Positions 13,645-25,673 of a DNA stretch of 64,000 nt are shown here, in pieces. Position numbers and translations under genes: made by a program. Numbering within the stretch: position 1 is the stretch's first letter; each line of letters opens with the position of its first letter. The stretch is from the NCBI RefSeq assembly GCF_001194135.2, contig NC_068983.1:121237446-121301445 (forward strand), written 5' to 3'. This DNA comes from Octopus bimaculoides. Lineage: Eukaryota. The notes beneath the pieces are model-generated. The model was not told where the DNA came from. It saw only the letters and a program-made list of their open reading frames with translations, and did no database searches.

Positions 13645-14044
13645 TAGCCTATCGCATTGATGGGACATTCATACTCAGAGTTTTAGGTATTATGTTGCTC
13701 ACTTATTTTACTGAAATCTGTTTGCCAAATTGCTAAGTTACAGGCATAAAGGTACTCACTTTAGATAACAATATTTTTAGACCGGTGTTCGCACATACAA
13801 GCATATGCATAAAGACAGACACACTTATAGACATATACATAAACACAGACACACATTTACAAATATACGTGCGTGTTTGTACATGTGCGCACGTGTGTGT
13901 GTGTGTGTGCACTAACAAATGTATGGAAGCAGTTTTTCTTCTTTTAGACATCTATTAACAACATGGCTGTAATTTATTTTATTTATCAAGTCTTTTGCAT
14001 ATTTTTGCATGTATTCCTTGATGTTTGTTTTAGCGCAGTAGACT

Positions 14045-14300
14045 TCCTAAATCTAATATCATCGTCATTTCTCGGCCTTTGTAATCTCATCTTCAGAATG
14101 AGATAATGATGGTGTGTGCTACTGTTGCTTTAAATTTGAATTGTGACTAATTAGATTTTTACAACACTAGTCAGCTGTTTATTTTGGTTTGTGACTTGTG
14201 TATATTTGTCACTGCTTATTTTAGAGACAATTTTTGCTATGAGTAGTCCTTCTATTATTCTTACTCCATGTTCTAGTTTTGGCTTGATTTCCATGGCTGG
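14045..14300 (-). mobile_element. Penelope-like element 3' fragment (decayed)
   Basis: Homologous to 15130-15300. Minus frame gives VRIIEGLLIAKIVS, like a GIY-YIG C-terminus. Confidence 0.45.
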
Positions 14301-14652
14301 ATACCATGTTTAATACCAATCTCTTTACAGAGCATACTGGATGTGTTTTATGATACCAGGTTATCATGTCCCCAGCAAACTAAATAGTCCTTTCTGCCCT
14401 ATACTGTCTACTCTGCCAACTACTTAACAGAGTGTTATGACTGCATTTTTTAATCATGGTACCAAAATTATGTATTCACTAGGAGTCATTATAACACATT
14501 ACAATGTAAAATACAAGATAAAACCAGATAGAAAAGTAGTTAATAATACTTTATTAAAAAAAAAATCTAGATTAGCTGTGAAAGCTTTATTAATTGCAGC
14601 ATGCAAAACAATAAACCAACACACACATATATATAATATGTATGTATGTACA

Positions 14653-14828
14653 CATCATCATCATCATCTTCATCATCGTTTAACGTCCGCTTTCCATGCT
14701 AGCATGGGCTGGACGACTTGACTGAGGACTGGTGAAACCGGATGGCAACACCAGGCTCCAATCTAAATTTGGCAGAGTTTCTACAGCTGGATGCCCTTCC
14801 TAATGCCAACCACTCAGAGAGTGTAGTG
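14653..14828 (-). mobile_element. Short RTE 3'-end retrocopy (family D)
   Basis: Closely similar to 7033-7195, with (CAT)n tail. Confidence 0.9.
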
Positions 14829-15129
14829 CATATACATATTGAATATATGACTATTTTCAAATCTGATGTTTTTTTAATGGAGTTTTTTTTTTCATATTTC
14901 CTTATTAGTCCATTATGTAACTATAATGTTTCTAAGTCTATTAGCATTTCAAAACCACCTCTGTGTTGCCATCAGGATGAAGTAGTGAGGTGATATTATT
15001 ACTACATTTTTGTTTTAAGCAACAAGAGATAATAGGGAATGATAATTATAATTGAGAGACATTTTTACTAGATACAAAATTGTTTAGCTGTTTAGCTCTA
15101 GATTACTTTCATACTTTATTCCATTGCTA

Positions 15130-16000
15130 CTGAATTTTAAATCCATCATCATCATTTCTTGACCTTTGTAATCTCATCTTCAGGATGAGGTGAGGATGGT
15201 GTGCTGCTTTATAGTAGCAGAGTCACTTTAAATGGTAAAGGTATTACCATAGGTATTTCAATTTTGACTAATTAGATTTGTACATCATCAGTCATGGTTT
15301 GCATTTTGCTATTCATAAAGCTTTCAGAGCTAATCTAGTTTTACTATATAACTCTAGAATTATCTAGTATGGTGGTGTTATCAACTAATGTTTTTATGTA
15401 TAATTTTGTTTTATGTACTGTATTGTAATGGCTTTTATTGTAAATGCATGGTCAACCAAAGTGAAAGTGTTATACTTGGGTGCACCATGTTACAGTTTGA
15501 GTCTCAAATGTTACAATTTAGATATTTATATTAAAATTTGTTGTCTGAGGTATGTGCTGTGACTTAAAAGTTTGTGGTTTCATGTAGATGAGAAAGATCT
15601 TTTGTTTTTAATTTTTATAGTGCTTTAAAAAGTATTCTATTATCTTTGGGTTAAGTTTAATTCATGTTTATGAGTCTGAAAGGATATTATTCATCCATAA
15701 TAACTGGGGTACTTTTGGTTCATTTTATATGCACTGTGTTTTTTAGTGTTGTATCTGTGATGGGAAGAGGTGGGTCTATTTTTCTATTTTTAATCTACTG
15801 CTGTATTTGAGTATTTCGTATTACTAGTGATTGCTTAATTCTTGTTGATTTTTCTAAGTTAAAATGGATTCAGTAGGGTTAAAAATTTAAAGCTCATCTC
15901 AGAAGGAAGTATGAAAAATCAGTAATAAAATGGATAAAAGTTATGAAACTTGAATGGTAGTGTCTTCACTGTAACATTTGAAACAAAAGTTGCTCCCTAT
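15130..16000 (-). mobile_element. Decayed Penelope-like retroelement (GIY-YIG region)
   Basis: Minus strand 15421-15530 reads YKYLNC...C...PSITLSLWLTMHLQ*KAI (cf. PLE TLSRRLTMHLQ..AI). ~15290-15345 reads KTRLALKAL*IAKCKP. The 5' boundary is uncertain. Confidence 0.6.
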
Positions 16001-16019
16001 ACATTTTAACGTGTGTGTG

Positions 16020-16420
16020 TGTGTGTGTGGTGTTAAAAAGGGCATCTAGCCGTAAAAGCCATACCAAAACAAACACTGAAGCCTGGTGCAGTCTTCTGCC
16101 TAACCAGTTCCTGTCAAACCATCCAACCCATGCCAGCATGGAAAGCAGACGTTAAATGATGATGATAATTATATATCTATATATATATCATCATCATCAT
16201 CATCATCATCATCATCTGCATCATTTAACGTCTGTTCTCCATGGGTAAAGCGTTGTGACTAGGACTGATAAGCTGGAGAGCTGCTCCAGATTCCAGTCTG
16301 CTTTGGCTTGGTTTCTATGGCTGGCTGCCCTTCCAAATGCCTGCCATTCCACAAAGTGCACTGGGTGCCTTTTACGTGTCACTGGTACAGGTGCTTTTTA
16401 CGTGTCATGGGCATGGGTGT
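16020..16420. mobile_element. Two older SINE/RTE-tail fragments, tail-to-tail across (CAT)n
   Basis: + copy ends ccatgccagcatggaaagcagacgttaaatgatg (~16160). - copy starts after (CAT)n at ~16215. Confidence 0.6.
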
Positions 16421-16878
16421 CATATATATATTGTATATCGACAAATACACACACACACACACACACATGATACTGACAGATATGCTACAGTGACATCCGC
16501 AACTGTACAAATGAAGCAATGAATGATATATTGCTAACTCTATTATCATGTTTATTATTAAAACAAACATAATCAGTTGAATACAAGTTGGCTTAGTATG
16601 TGTGTTGGGGGTTGGAGGGGAGGCAGGAGTCAGTGCAATTTATTATCATGATGCTATGAAGTCTATAAAAGATATATAATATTAGAAAATAATTAAATAT
16701 ATGTACAGCAACAACACAATGTCGTGTGTGTGTGTGTGTGTGCACATGCATGTGTATATATCCATTAGATACCATATCACATTAGTTTTCTATTTCACTC
16801 CCAGAATTTATAATAGAGCTACTTTTTTTTTAATTATGTGCATGCCATTATAATTAAGCAGCTTCCTTTACCCCCTAT

Positions 16879-16917
<39 letters not shown>

Positions 16918-17451
16918 CTTTCTCTTTATTTGATATACACAGTACTTCTACTACATTTCCTTTTGTTATTAACTGCATGTTGTTTTATACTGGTGTTCCT
17001 ACAACCACCACCATCACTATTACTACTTACTAGCACTACTAACTCTATATCATTGCTATACTACTTCCAGCATGATCGCAGACACCGTCGTCATTTCTGT
17101 CACTACCACTACCACTGTTACTAACAGCAACAATTTAGTCTACTACTGTGTCGTGAAATGCCTGCCTCTGTTAGTCTGTGACAGTTGCAGTACTACTAAC
17201 ACTAACTTATGCTAACCTAATATGGTAAATATCTGTGAAAGGCAACATTAACTAATGGTTAAGCTAACGTTAGAGTCAACCTCTCTGAGTTGAGATCCCT
17301 GGATCAAGAGGACCTGTCGCACCAATTACCCAATTATTTTTCACTTGATCAATGTTTCTCACCAACCACCTCTTTTTTTTTTATAAGTATTTTTGTACCT
17401 CTTTCCCCTGCTCAGTTTTTGGAATGAGCTAAGAATACTAATAATCATTTG

Positions 17452-17493
<42 letters not shown>

Positions 17494-18629
17494 CACACAC
17501 ACACATATATATGTATGTACATATTGAGAGTGTGTGTGTGTGTATTGAGTGTTGAAACAATTCAGTTGGTAGAATATGAATTAAGAATAAAGACTACATA
17601 AAGTGAGTGTTGTATAGTTTTTGAACCAACAGCTGTTAACTATCTTGTTTTCATTATACATTCAATATACAATAATAATGCATTATATGTGCACAATTTG
17701 CACAATTTCATTTTAATAATAAAGTTAACTGAAAGTGATAATTATAATAATAATTTGAGAGATAAAAAGAAAAACATATTTGTATTCCATATTAAATCTT
17801 GAATTTATTAATAATAAATTCCAATTATATTAGTTAGATATTAGCTCAATTAAAATTAATGTGCTGGGAGTTTCTGCATAAAATATATGAAATGCAACAA
17901 GAATCAGAAAATTATTAAGCCTTGATGTATATAACTGTTCAATTTAATGAATACTTTCTGTAATTTTCAAGTAGAGTATAGTCATGTTTGCTGATTATAT
18001 TTTTATTTGCAGTTGTTCTTTGATTATTGTATTACTATTTATGGCATTGATTTTCTCTCCTTTCTTAGCTTAATCTTAATTGTATTCATAGCTTATCTAC
18101 ACCCCAGAAGAAAATTACCAAATGAGGAAATTAAACAAAGCTGAAACTTTATTCAGTTCCCTAGTGAATTAAAATATTAAAATGTTGTTCTTCCAAGCTA
18201 TGTTAGTTCTGTTGACATCAAGTTTATCAGACAGTATTGTTCCTTCTCAATCTGTTGAAGTGTAGTGGCTGTGAGGTTAATATGCTAGGCTAGTCTACAG
18301 ACTAAATAATCATGAGTTCAAATCTCACTACAATCCTTGTGATTATGTCTCTGAAGAAGGCATTAAACTGTACTGACTTCAGTCTGCATGGCTTGGAACA
18401 ATTGTCATTCTTAATCCATAGTTAACAATAACAAAGACATCCAACAATATATAAATGTTTGTAAAACCATCCAATTCATGCTGAATTGCAACAAAGTGAC
18501 ATAAAAGACAGAAAAAATATTAAGTTATTAAAAATTAATGAAAGGAGGCATAGTTAGAATAATAGTCTAAATTTATCTGAAACAGCTCTGGATACTTCTT
18601 ATAGTTTTGAAATACTAACCCTATTGTTG

Positions 18630-18666
<37 letters not shown>

Positions 18667-18943
18667 CATTATCATCATCATCGTCGTCGTCGTCATCATC
18701 ATCATCATTATCATCACTGTTGTTGTTGTTGTCAGACAGACATTTGTTTTCTAGAGATCAGTTCAAGTGAGTGGTTTCAGCTGTTGAGAGGAGAAGTAGG
18801 TGATGTAAAACCTAAGCAGTATGTTATCAGACTACACTGGTGACTTGCAAGTGTAATACTGTCTCACCTCAGAGAGGTACTCACTAAAATAGGTTCTACC
18901 TGAGACACCTATTGTACTAATTTGTTATTTTCTGCCCTTACAG

Positions 18944-19105
18944 CATGACTCGAGGAAAGCTGAAAACTTTGACAAGATGTTCACCTCTAAGGATGTCAAA
19001 ATGACCCCAACAGACAGTCTAATCATCATGAATATTGATGATAGTGCATTCAGGAACTTCTCTTTTGTCAATCCCTTTTTCAGTCAAATACAATCAGACT
19101 CTTGA
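18944..19105 (+). CDS. PRKCB-like: Conventional PKC, alternative C-terminal (V5) exon A (proximal, divergent), 53 aa + stop
   Basis: Branch-point-like TACTAAT (~18915-18921), pyrimidine tract and cag| acceptor at 18943. Phase-0 frame HDSRKAENFDKMFTSKDVKMTPTDSLIIMNIDDSAFRNFSFVNPFFSQIQSDS*. It carries the AGC-kinase C-tail motifs NFDxxF, turn-motif TP (codon 19004-19006) and hydrophobic motif FxxFSF (Ser codon 19061-19063). Confidence 0.88.
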   Translation, partial: HDSRKAENFDKMFTSKDVKMTPTDSLIIMNIDDSAFRNFSFVNPFFSQIQSDS

Positions 19106-19570
19106 GCGGTAGTATGTATACTTTTGCTTTTTTTCATTTCCTTCCCTTCCACAAGAATGCTGCTTGTAACTGTGATGACCATATTTTGTAAAGACTGGTT
19201 CCACTTAACAACCAGCCTCATCATAAATGCCTACCAACTCATAATTAAGACTGCTAGGATTTGAATGCTTTCTGAAGTGTCATCATTTGATTAGACAAAA
19301 ATTCAGTTAACACAATATGCAGTAAATTAACAAGACCTATTAACAATCTATGTTCGCTTCATTATTTATTAGTAGGCTTCCATTAACATCAGCCTTATCC
19401 TAACTATTCCAGAAGTGCCTATAAAGGTTTTGGATATTGGCTTTTCTCGCCAAGCTAAAACGTAACAACAAAAGTCTCTCACTCTGTCCAATCAAGGAAT
19501 CATATTTCGTTCAATACAATTTGTAAATCAGTTTCAGTTCTTTTCTCAAATATTCCTATTCCTCCTTTTT

Positions 19571-19612
19571 ATTAAAATAATGAATTTAAGTTTCATGTGC
19601 ACCCTTATTAAA
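19571..19612 (+). promoter_or_regulatory. Candidate variant poly(A) signals (ATTAAA x2) for proximal exon A
   Basis: ATTAAA at 19571-19576 and 19607-19612, ~470-500 nt after the exon A stop. I saw no AATAAA closer. Hexamers are common in AT-rich DNA. Confidence 0.3.
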
Positions 19613-21464
19613 ATCATGAAGACAAGTTAAGATATCATCTATTTCATTATAACTTGTCCATTGGTTAAGGGTTGTTATGGTAGTGCTACTGCAGATCTTG
19701 ATGATAAAGGAGGAGATAGAGACCCATAATGTCATCTCCTGTTCACACTTCTGATGGAAAATCTTAATGGCATAGCTCATCAGTACTCATGATTGTGTGA
19801 TAATGATGGTGGTGGGGAGCCATTTCCTTTCTGGGGTCATGGTTGACCGACATCTGGCGACAATTGATTACAATTCACTGACAACACCTGAGCTCTCTCA
19901 GGATACACCTGCTGACAGATGACACTCTTGTTAAAAGAGGGATATGTCAATACTGTAGGGATGCAGGAGATGAAGAAGCTGAGTTTAATGTTGCAAATTT
20001 CATTGGTGTTGTTCTTAAATCACTTTAGTTCACACACTATAATTAATTTAATAGTTTCCATATTGTGGCTGACAAGGTATTTAACTCCAGGCTTCACACA
20101 CTGTGCTTAATGCATTGTAGTTAACACATACTCTTTCACATATTGATTCCTGGAGCAATTATATTTTATCTTTTCTCTTATTAATTATTTATATCCATTA
20201 TATTGTAAGGTGATGTTGCTTTATTTAATCTTCGTTTCCTAATTATTTGTTATCAATCAGAAGGAGAAGGCTGAAGTGATAAAGTATTTGATTTTTCTGT
20301 TCATGAGTTATTAGTTCAGATCCATCACTGACATTTCATTTTGTTCTGCTGGAACATTTATTCTTTGTTAACTCGGTCTATCTAACTGTCAACAACAAGT
20401 ATCAGATTCAATATGATTCAGCTACAGACAAAAGTCTCTCGATTGGTTCACCTAGCTAATTGTTAGCAAAGAGTTAATACCAGATTAGTCTGGTCCAGTC
20501 CTTGTCTGCCTCGCAACTTGATCCAGAATCCATATTTTTGTTTATGCATCTGATATGTTTAATTGTCTATTCCACATGAAATTTATCATGTAGGAACAAC
20601 CACCACTACATGAGTATCTTTCTCACATGTGAGTGATTCTCACCATTATCCATTTAGACCTTATACAGATTCTCTCCTTCCATGTGTTTTCCTTCTTTAC
20701 AGGTTAGCCATAAAATTATTTTCTCCCAACAATACACAAACATCTAAGTCTATAAACCCCATTTCTACTCATGTTAGCATGGAATGAATTGATGCAAAAT
20801 AGTTCTGAAGCCTCATATAGGCTGGGTGTTTAAATATGTTGGCCTGTTGCTTTAGATAGCTTTCCTTCAATTGTCAGTTTTGATTTTTCCCTAGTCTGTC
20901 TCTGCCAGTCCTCACAGTTGTGTGATTGCCGCTCACTGAAATCTTTAATTGCATATCAATCATATGAACCCAGTTTTTCCATGCAAATATAAACCTTTCC
21001 ACTTGCAGAACCAGATAATGTTAACTAGACTATGCCCAGAACTTTAACACATTGCTAAGTATTGGACCAATTGCTTTCAAAGATCTTCTCGAATAGAACT
21101 GTTCAAAGTTACTTAATAACAGTAGGAGCAACAACAATAACCACAATATCAAAAGCAGTCAAAGCAAGAACACTGGCAAACATAACCACAAGCATTACCA
21201 TAATGAACAAAGTCAAAAGACAAAATCATTAAATGCAACATTTGATTGAAACTGAACTATTTTTATTCTTGAAAAGGTATCTGTAACACATGGATTGTAG
21301 ATTTTATTCCCAAATACAACAACAGAATAGAAATACATAACAACTAGGAACTAATTAAATGTTAATCAGATTGCAGTAATTAATTCATTCACCTAATTGT
21401 TATTTAGAAATGAATGTTCTCAACTCTTGTATTGATACTCCATACTCATACATACACGCCAACA

Positions 21465-21549
<85 letters not shown>

Positions 21550-21553
<4 letters not shown>

Positions 21554-23535
21554 GGGGACCAGCTATCCGAATTGACAGTACCTTGGTAGATAAAGCAATT
21601 AAGGGTATGAAGATAGGAAAAGCCCCCTGCCCATCAGGAATCACCGCAGAGATGCTCGAAATATCTGGCAGTGTCGGCTATAGCTTAGTCACCCATATAG
21701 TCAACCAGGTGATACATGAAGGAGTCATACCCAATGACTGGTGTAGCAGCATCATAGTCAACTGCTACAAAGGTAAAGGTGACGCATTAGACACAAATAA
21801 TTACAGAGGTATTAAGTTGTTGAATCAGGTAATGAAATCCACAGAGAGGGTTGTAGCCCAACTAATTAGGGAGAGAGTCAGTTTACATGAGATGCAGTTT
21901 GGGTTTGTGCCAGGGAAAAGTGCCACTGATGCTATATTTCTGATAAGACAGCTGCAGGAGAAATACCCAGCCAAAGATAAACCCCTGTACCTGGCTTTCA
22001 TTGACATGGAGAAAGCCTTTGACAGAGTCCCTCGATCCCTTATCTGGTGGTCAGTGAGGAAACTAGTGAGAGCTGTGCAAGCCATGTACAGGGACGCTGT
22101 CAGTAAGGTGAGGGTTGGCATTGAGTATAGTGAAGAATTTCGGGGAGGGAATCCACCAAGGATCAGTCCTCAGCCCCCTCTTATTCATCATAGTCTTCCA
22201 GGCAATAACAGAGGAATTCAAGACAGGATGCCCCTGGGAGCTCCTCTATGTTAATGACCTTAGTCTAATTGCTGAGTCACTATCAGAATTAGAGGAGAGA
22301 TTTTAGGTATGGAAGCAAGGATTAGAATTGAAGGGCCTTAGAGTCAACCTAGCTAAAACTAAAGTCCTAATAAGTAGGAAGGCAGACAAACCACAAATCC
22401 CTTCAAGTAGATGGCCCTGCTCGATCTGTAGAAAAGGCGTAGGTAGAAACTCTATAAGATGTACCCAGTGCAAGCTCTGGACACATAAGAAGTGCAACAA
22501 TATCAAAGGAAGGCTAACTGGGAAAATAGTTTTTGTATGTGGCAAATGCTCAGGAACAATAAACACTGGAAATATGCAAAGAACAACTTCTGTCACATTC
22601 CAGGTAGAAAAACTACAAGTATTTGATAGCTTCCATTATCTAGCTGACCAAGTCAGTAACGGGGGTGGGTGCTCTGAGAGTGTAGCTGCTAGAATAAGAA
22701 TAGCCTGGGCAAAGTTCAGAGAGCTCTTACCTCTGCTGGTGACAAAGGGCCTCTCGCTCAGAGTAAAAGGCAGACTGTATGATGCATGTGTACAAACAGC
22801 CATGCTACATGGCAGTGAAGCATGGGCCATGACTGCTGAGGACATGCGTAAGCTTGCAAGGAATGAAGCCAGTATGCCCGCTGGTTGTATAATGTCAGTG
22901 TGCATACACGACAGAGTGTAAGCACCCTGATAGAAAAGTTGGACCTAAGAAGCATCAGATGTGGTGTGGAAGAGGGACGACAACACTGGTATGGACATGT
23001 GTTGCGAATGGATGAGGACAGCTGTGTGAAAAAGTGTTACACCCTAGCAATTGAGGGAACCTATGGAAGAGGTAGACCCAGGAAGACCTCGGATGAGGTG
23101 GTGAAGCACAACCTTTGAACATTGGGCCTCACCGAGGCAATGACTAGTGACAAAGACCTTTGGAGATACGCTGTGCTTGAGAAGACCCAGCAAGCTAAGT
23201 GAGACCATAACCCATGGCCTATGCCAGTGGTGTATAACCACTTATGAGTACCCTTCATTCATTGGACAATAAACTTTGCTTGTGAGGACCTGTTGAGGCA
23301 AGTGAAATCAAAATCGCTGATGTAGCCAATGACAGTACCACCTGATTGGTGCCAGTGGAACGTTAAAAACACCATCCAAGTATGATCATTGCCAGGGCCA
23401 CTGACTGGCTCCCGTGCCGGTGTCACGTAAAAAGCACCAGTCAAGCATGATCATTGCCAGCATCTCCATACTGGCTCCTGTGCCAGTGGCACGTGAAAAA
23501 CAACATTCAAGCACGGTCGTTGCCAGTGCCGTCAG
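21550..23535 (+). mobile_element. RTE-clade LINE, 5'- and 3'-truncated, same family as 7033-9069
   Basis: ORFs 21583-22254, 22328-22921 and 22885-23118 are frameshifted RT pieces. YADD has decayed to YVND, there is an 18-nt in-frame deletion near 22060, and the repeat-rich 3' UTR stops before the tail. Confidence 0.95.
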
Positions 23536-24590
23536 GCATTTAAATACATCAATGAAAAGCATTATCACTATGTAGATAAACTCTGAGGTTAAAACACAGG
23601 GCTCTTTTTTGTATATAAAACTGTGAATAGCTTGTATAATTTCAAATAGTTATTTCTTGTGCAGTTTCAACTAGTTATTGTCTTCTCCTTTAGAGTATCT
23701 ACTCATGTTCAAAGTGACTCACAGATTACTTTGGAAAAATTCAGTGAGTTAGAAGTATCAATTTTGCTCATTTACACATTAGTACATTTCCTAACAAAGT
23801 TGTTTAATAGCTAAAGTACTGAGACAGTGGTATGTGGTTAAAGTTTGAATAAGTTTACATACCTGTGTTTAAGAAGCGTACATTCAATAAGTTTACATAC
23901 CTATGTTTAAGTCTGTGTACATATGGCAGACCAATTTAAGTTTTATACTATAAATGCTATTTTCTCCATGTTCAATCAGTAAAATATGTCACCAACCTCT
24001 TTTGAAGCAGTAAAAATTCCTGAGACTAGTTCAGACCAATCTTTTTCTAGTTGCACAAAGAAAATCAACAGAGTGTATAGTTCATAGAGTGTCGTTGATG
24101 CTATGTTGATGGATACCATTAACCCTCAGTAGCTGATGCCATCTTAGTCTTAGGTTTAAGATTCAGGCTGACTCTCTCCTAAATTGAAATGCCATCTATC
24201 AAAAGATTTAGTCTCAGCTATGTTGACTTGAGTAACAAGAAATGAAGTATTTTGCTCAAAAAACACAACATACCACTTGAGACTTACAACTTCATGATCA
24301 TGAATCCAACACCCTAGCCACTAGATGAAACACCTTCTCATAATGCTATCTTACTATAAATAAGTACTGTTATTGGGTGTTTTCTTCTGTAAGTAGAACC
24401 AGAACTTAATAACTCACTATTGTTTAATACATTTACAGTGCTGACCTTCAGTTGTGCCCCTCCTGCAAACCAGCCTCTTAAAAGTCAATTCCATTTTTTT
24501 TTTACCTCTCTTCATTTCATGAGTTACTATGCTGTTGTATCTTGTCTCCAGTAACAGATTTTCCTGACGAATCATATACAGTTGCACACT

Positions 24591-24635
<45 letters not shown>

Positions 24636-25432
24636 TCACGATGTATCAGTTATGATCTCTAGGTATGAAGAAAGAAAAATTACATAATATGCTAAAATAT
24701 TTCAATGTCAATACACTACAAATTTACTACTCTTGTATACATTCTAGCTGACTCTGAAATACAAATATATCTTTACAAGCTTTGCTACATTTTATAGTTA
24801 TTTTTGTGGCAATGTTTAAATAGGATACAACAACATTATGTTTAGAGGCTTCTTTACAGTTTATGGTTATATCACAGTCATGGCAGCTTCTAACTTATCC
24901 TCTCCACCAATTTTTGTTTATTAAACATTTTATTCTTGCATGCTCTTACTCTTTTTTTTTCTTTTTCTTTTATTTAAACTATGTATTTTGATTTATCCAT
25001 TTTTTTCACCCTATTTTACACTTTATTTGCATTTCTTTCTGAAATTCAAATTGTTGCTTTTATTTTCTTTCTTTCTTCATTTTAATTTCTGGGGGGGGGG
25101 GGGTTCTCTTTTATTTCTCTCTCGTTTCACTACTTCTCATACTTCCCATTCTACTCACCTTGTTTCCAAATTTCCTCACTTTTTTCAGTTTTTCCCCACA
25201 AAATTATTTACATCCACCCACTTTTAATTTTCTCAACCTGAATGCATTACACCAAACATGAGTGTCTTCACCAATTTCAACCACTTAATCTTTTCTCATC
25301 TTGCAACTCATCTTTAGAAGAAATTCTTAATAGCTCTCTTACGAATGATAGTGATTTAGTTTCAGTTGGTTTGGATATATTAATTATTAGTGATAGAAGT
25401 ATTAGTACCAAAAGGCAATCTTTATATCCAAC

Positions 25433-25673
25433 TTAATGTGGATGTCATGTTTGAAGGCCAAATAATGTGTTATTAGCCTTGAAAGAATCTCATGTAGGCG
25501 CTTAGAGCATAAAAACACACATACCTAGATCGTAGCAGATGAGAATCATTTATTACGGATGGCCATCTGCTATGATTTATGTCAGTGCTTTTATATACCA
25601 TGCACCTATATGAGAGGGTCTCTCAAAAGCTAATGATGCTGTTTTTGGCATTCTAACAAGACATCCACGTTAA
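25433..25673. repeat. Long imperfect palindrome / old MITE with TTAA at both ends
   Basis: Arms of ~105 nt: taatgtggatgtc...gtagcagatg and catctgctatg...gacatccacgtta, with a ~22-nt loop. Confidence 0.75.

Noticed and set aside
20685-20750. Strong acceptor ttttccttctttacag| as a possible third PKC tail exon
   Set aside because: Phase 0 gives only VSHKIIFSQQYTNI* with no NFD, TP or FxxFS motifs, and it adjoins an old SINE tail. I saw no third V5-like exon elsewhere.
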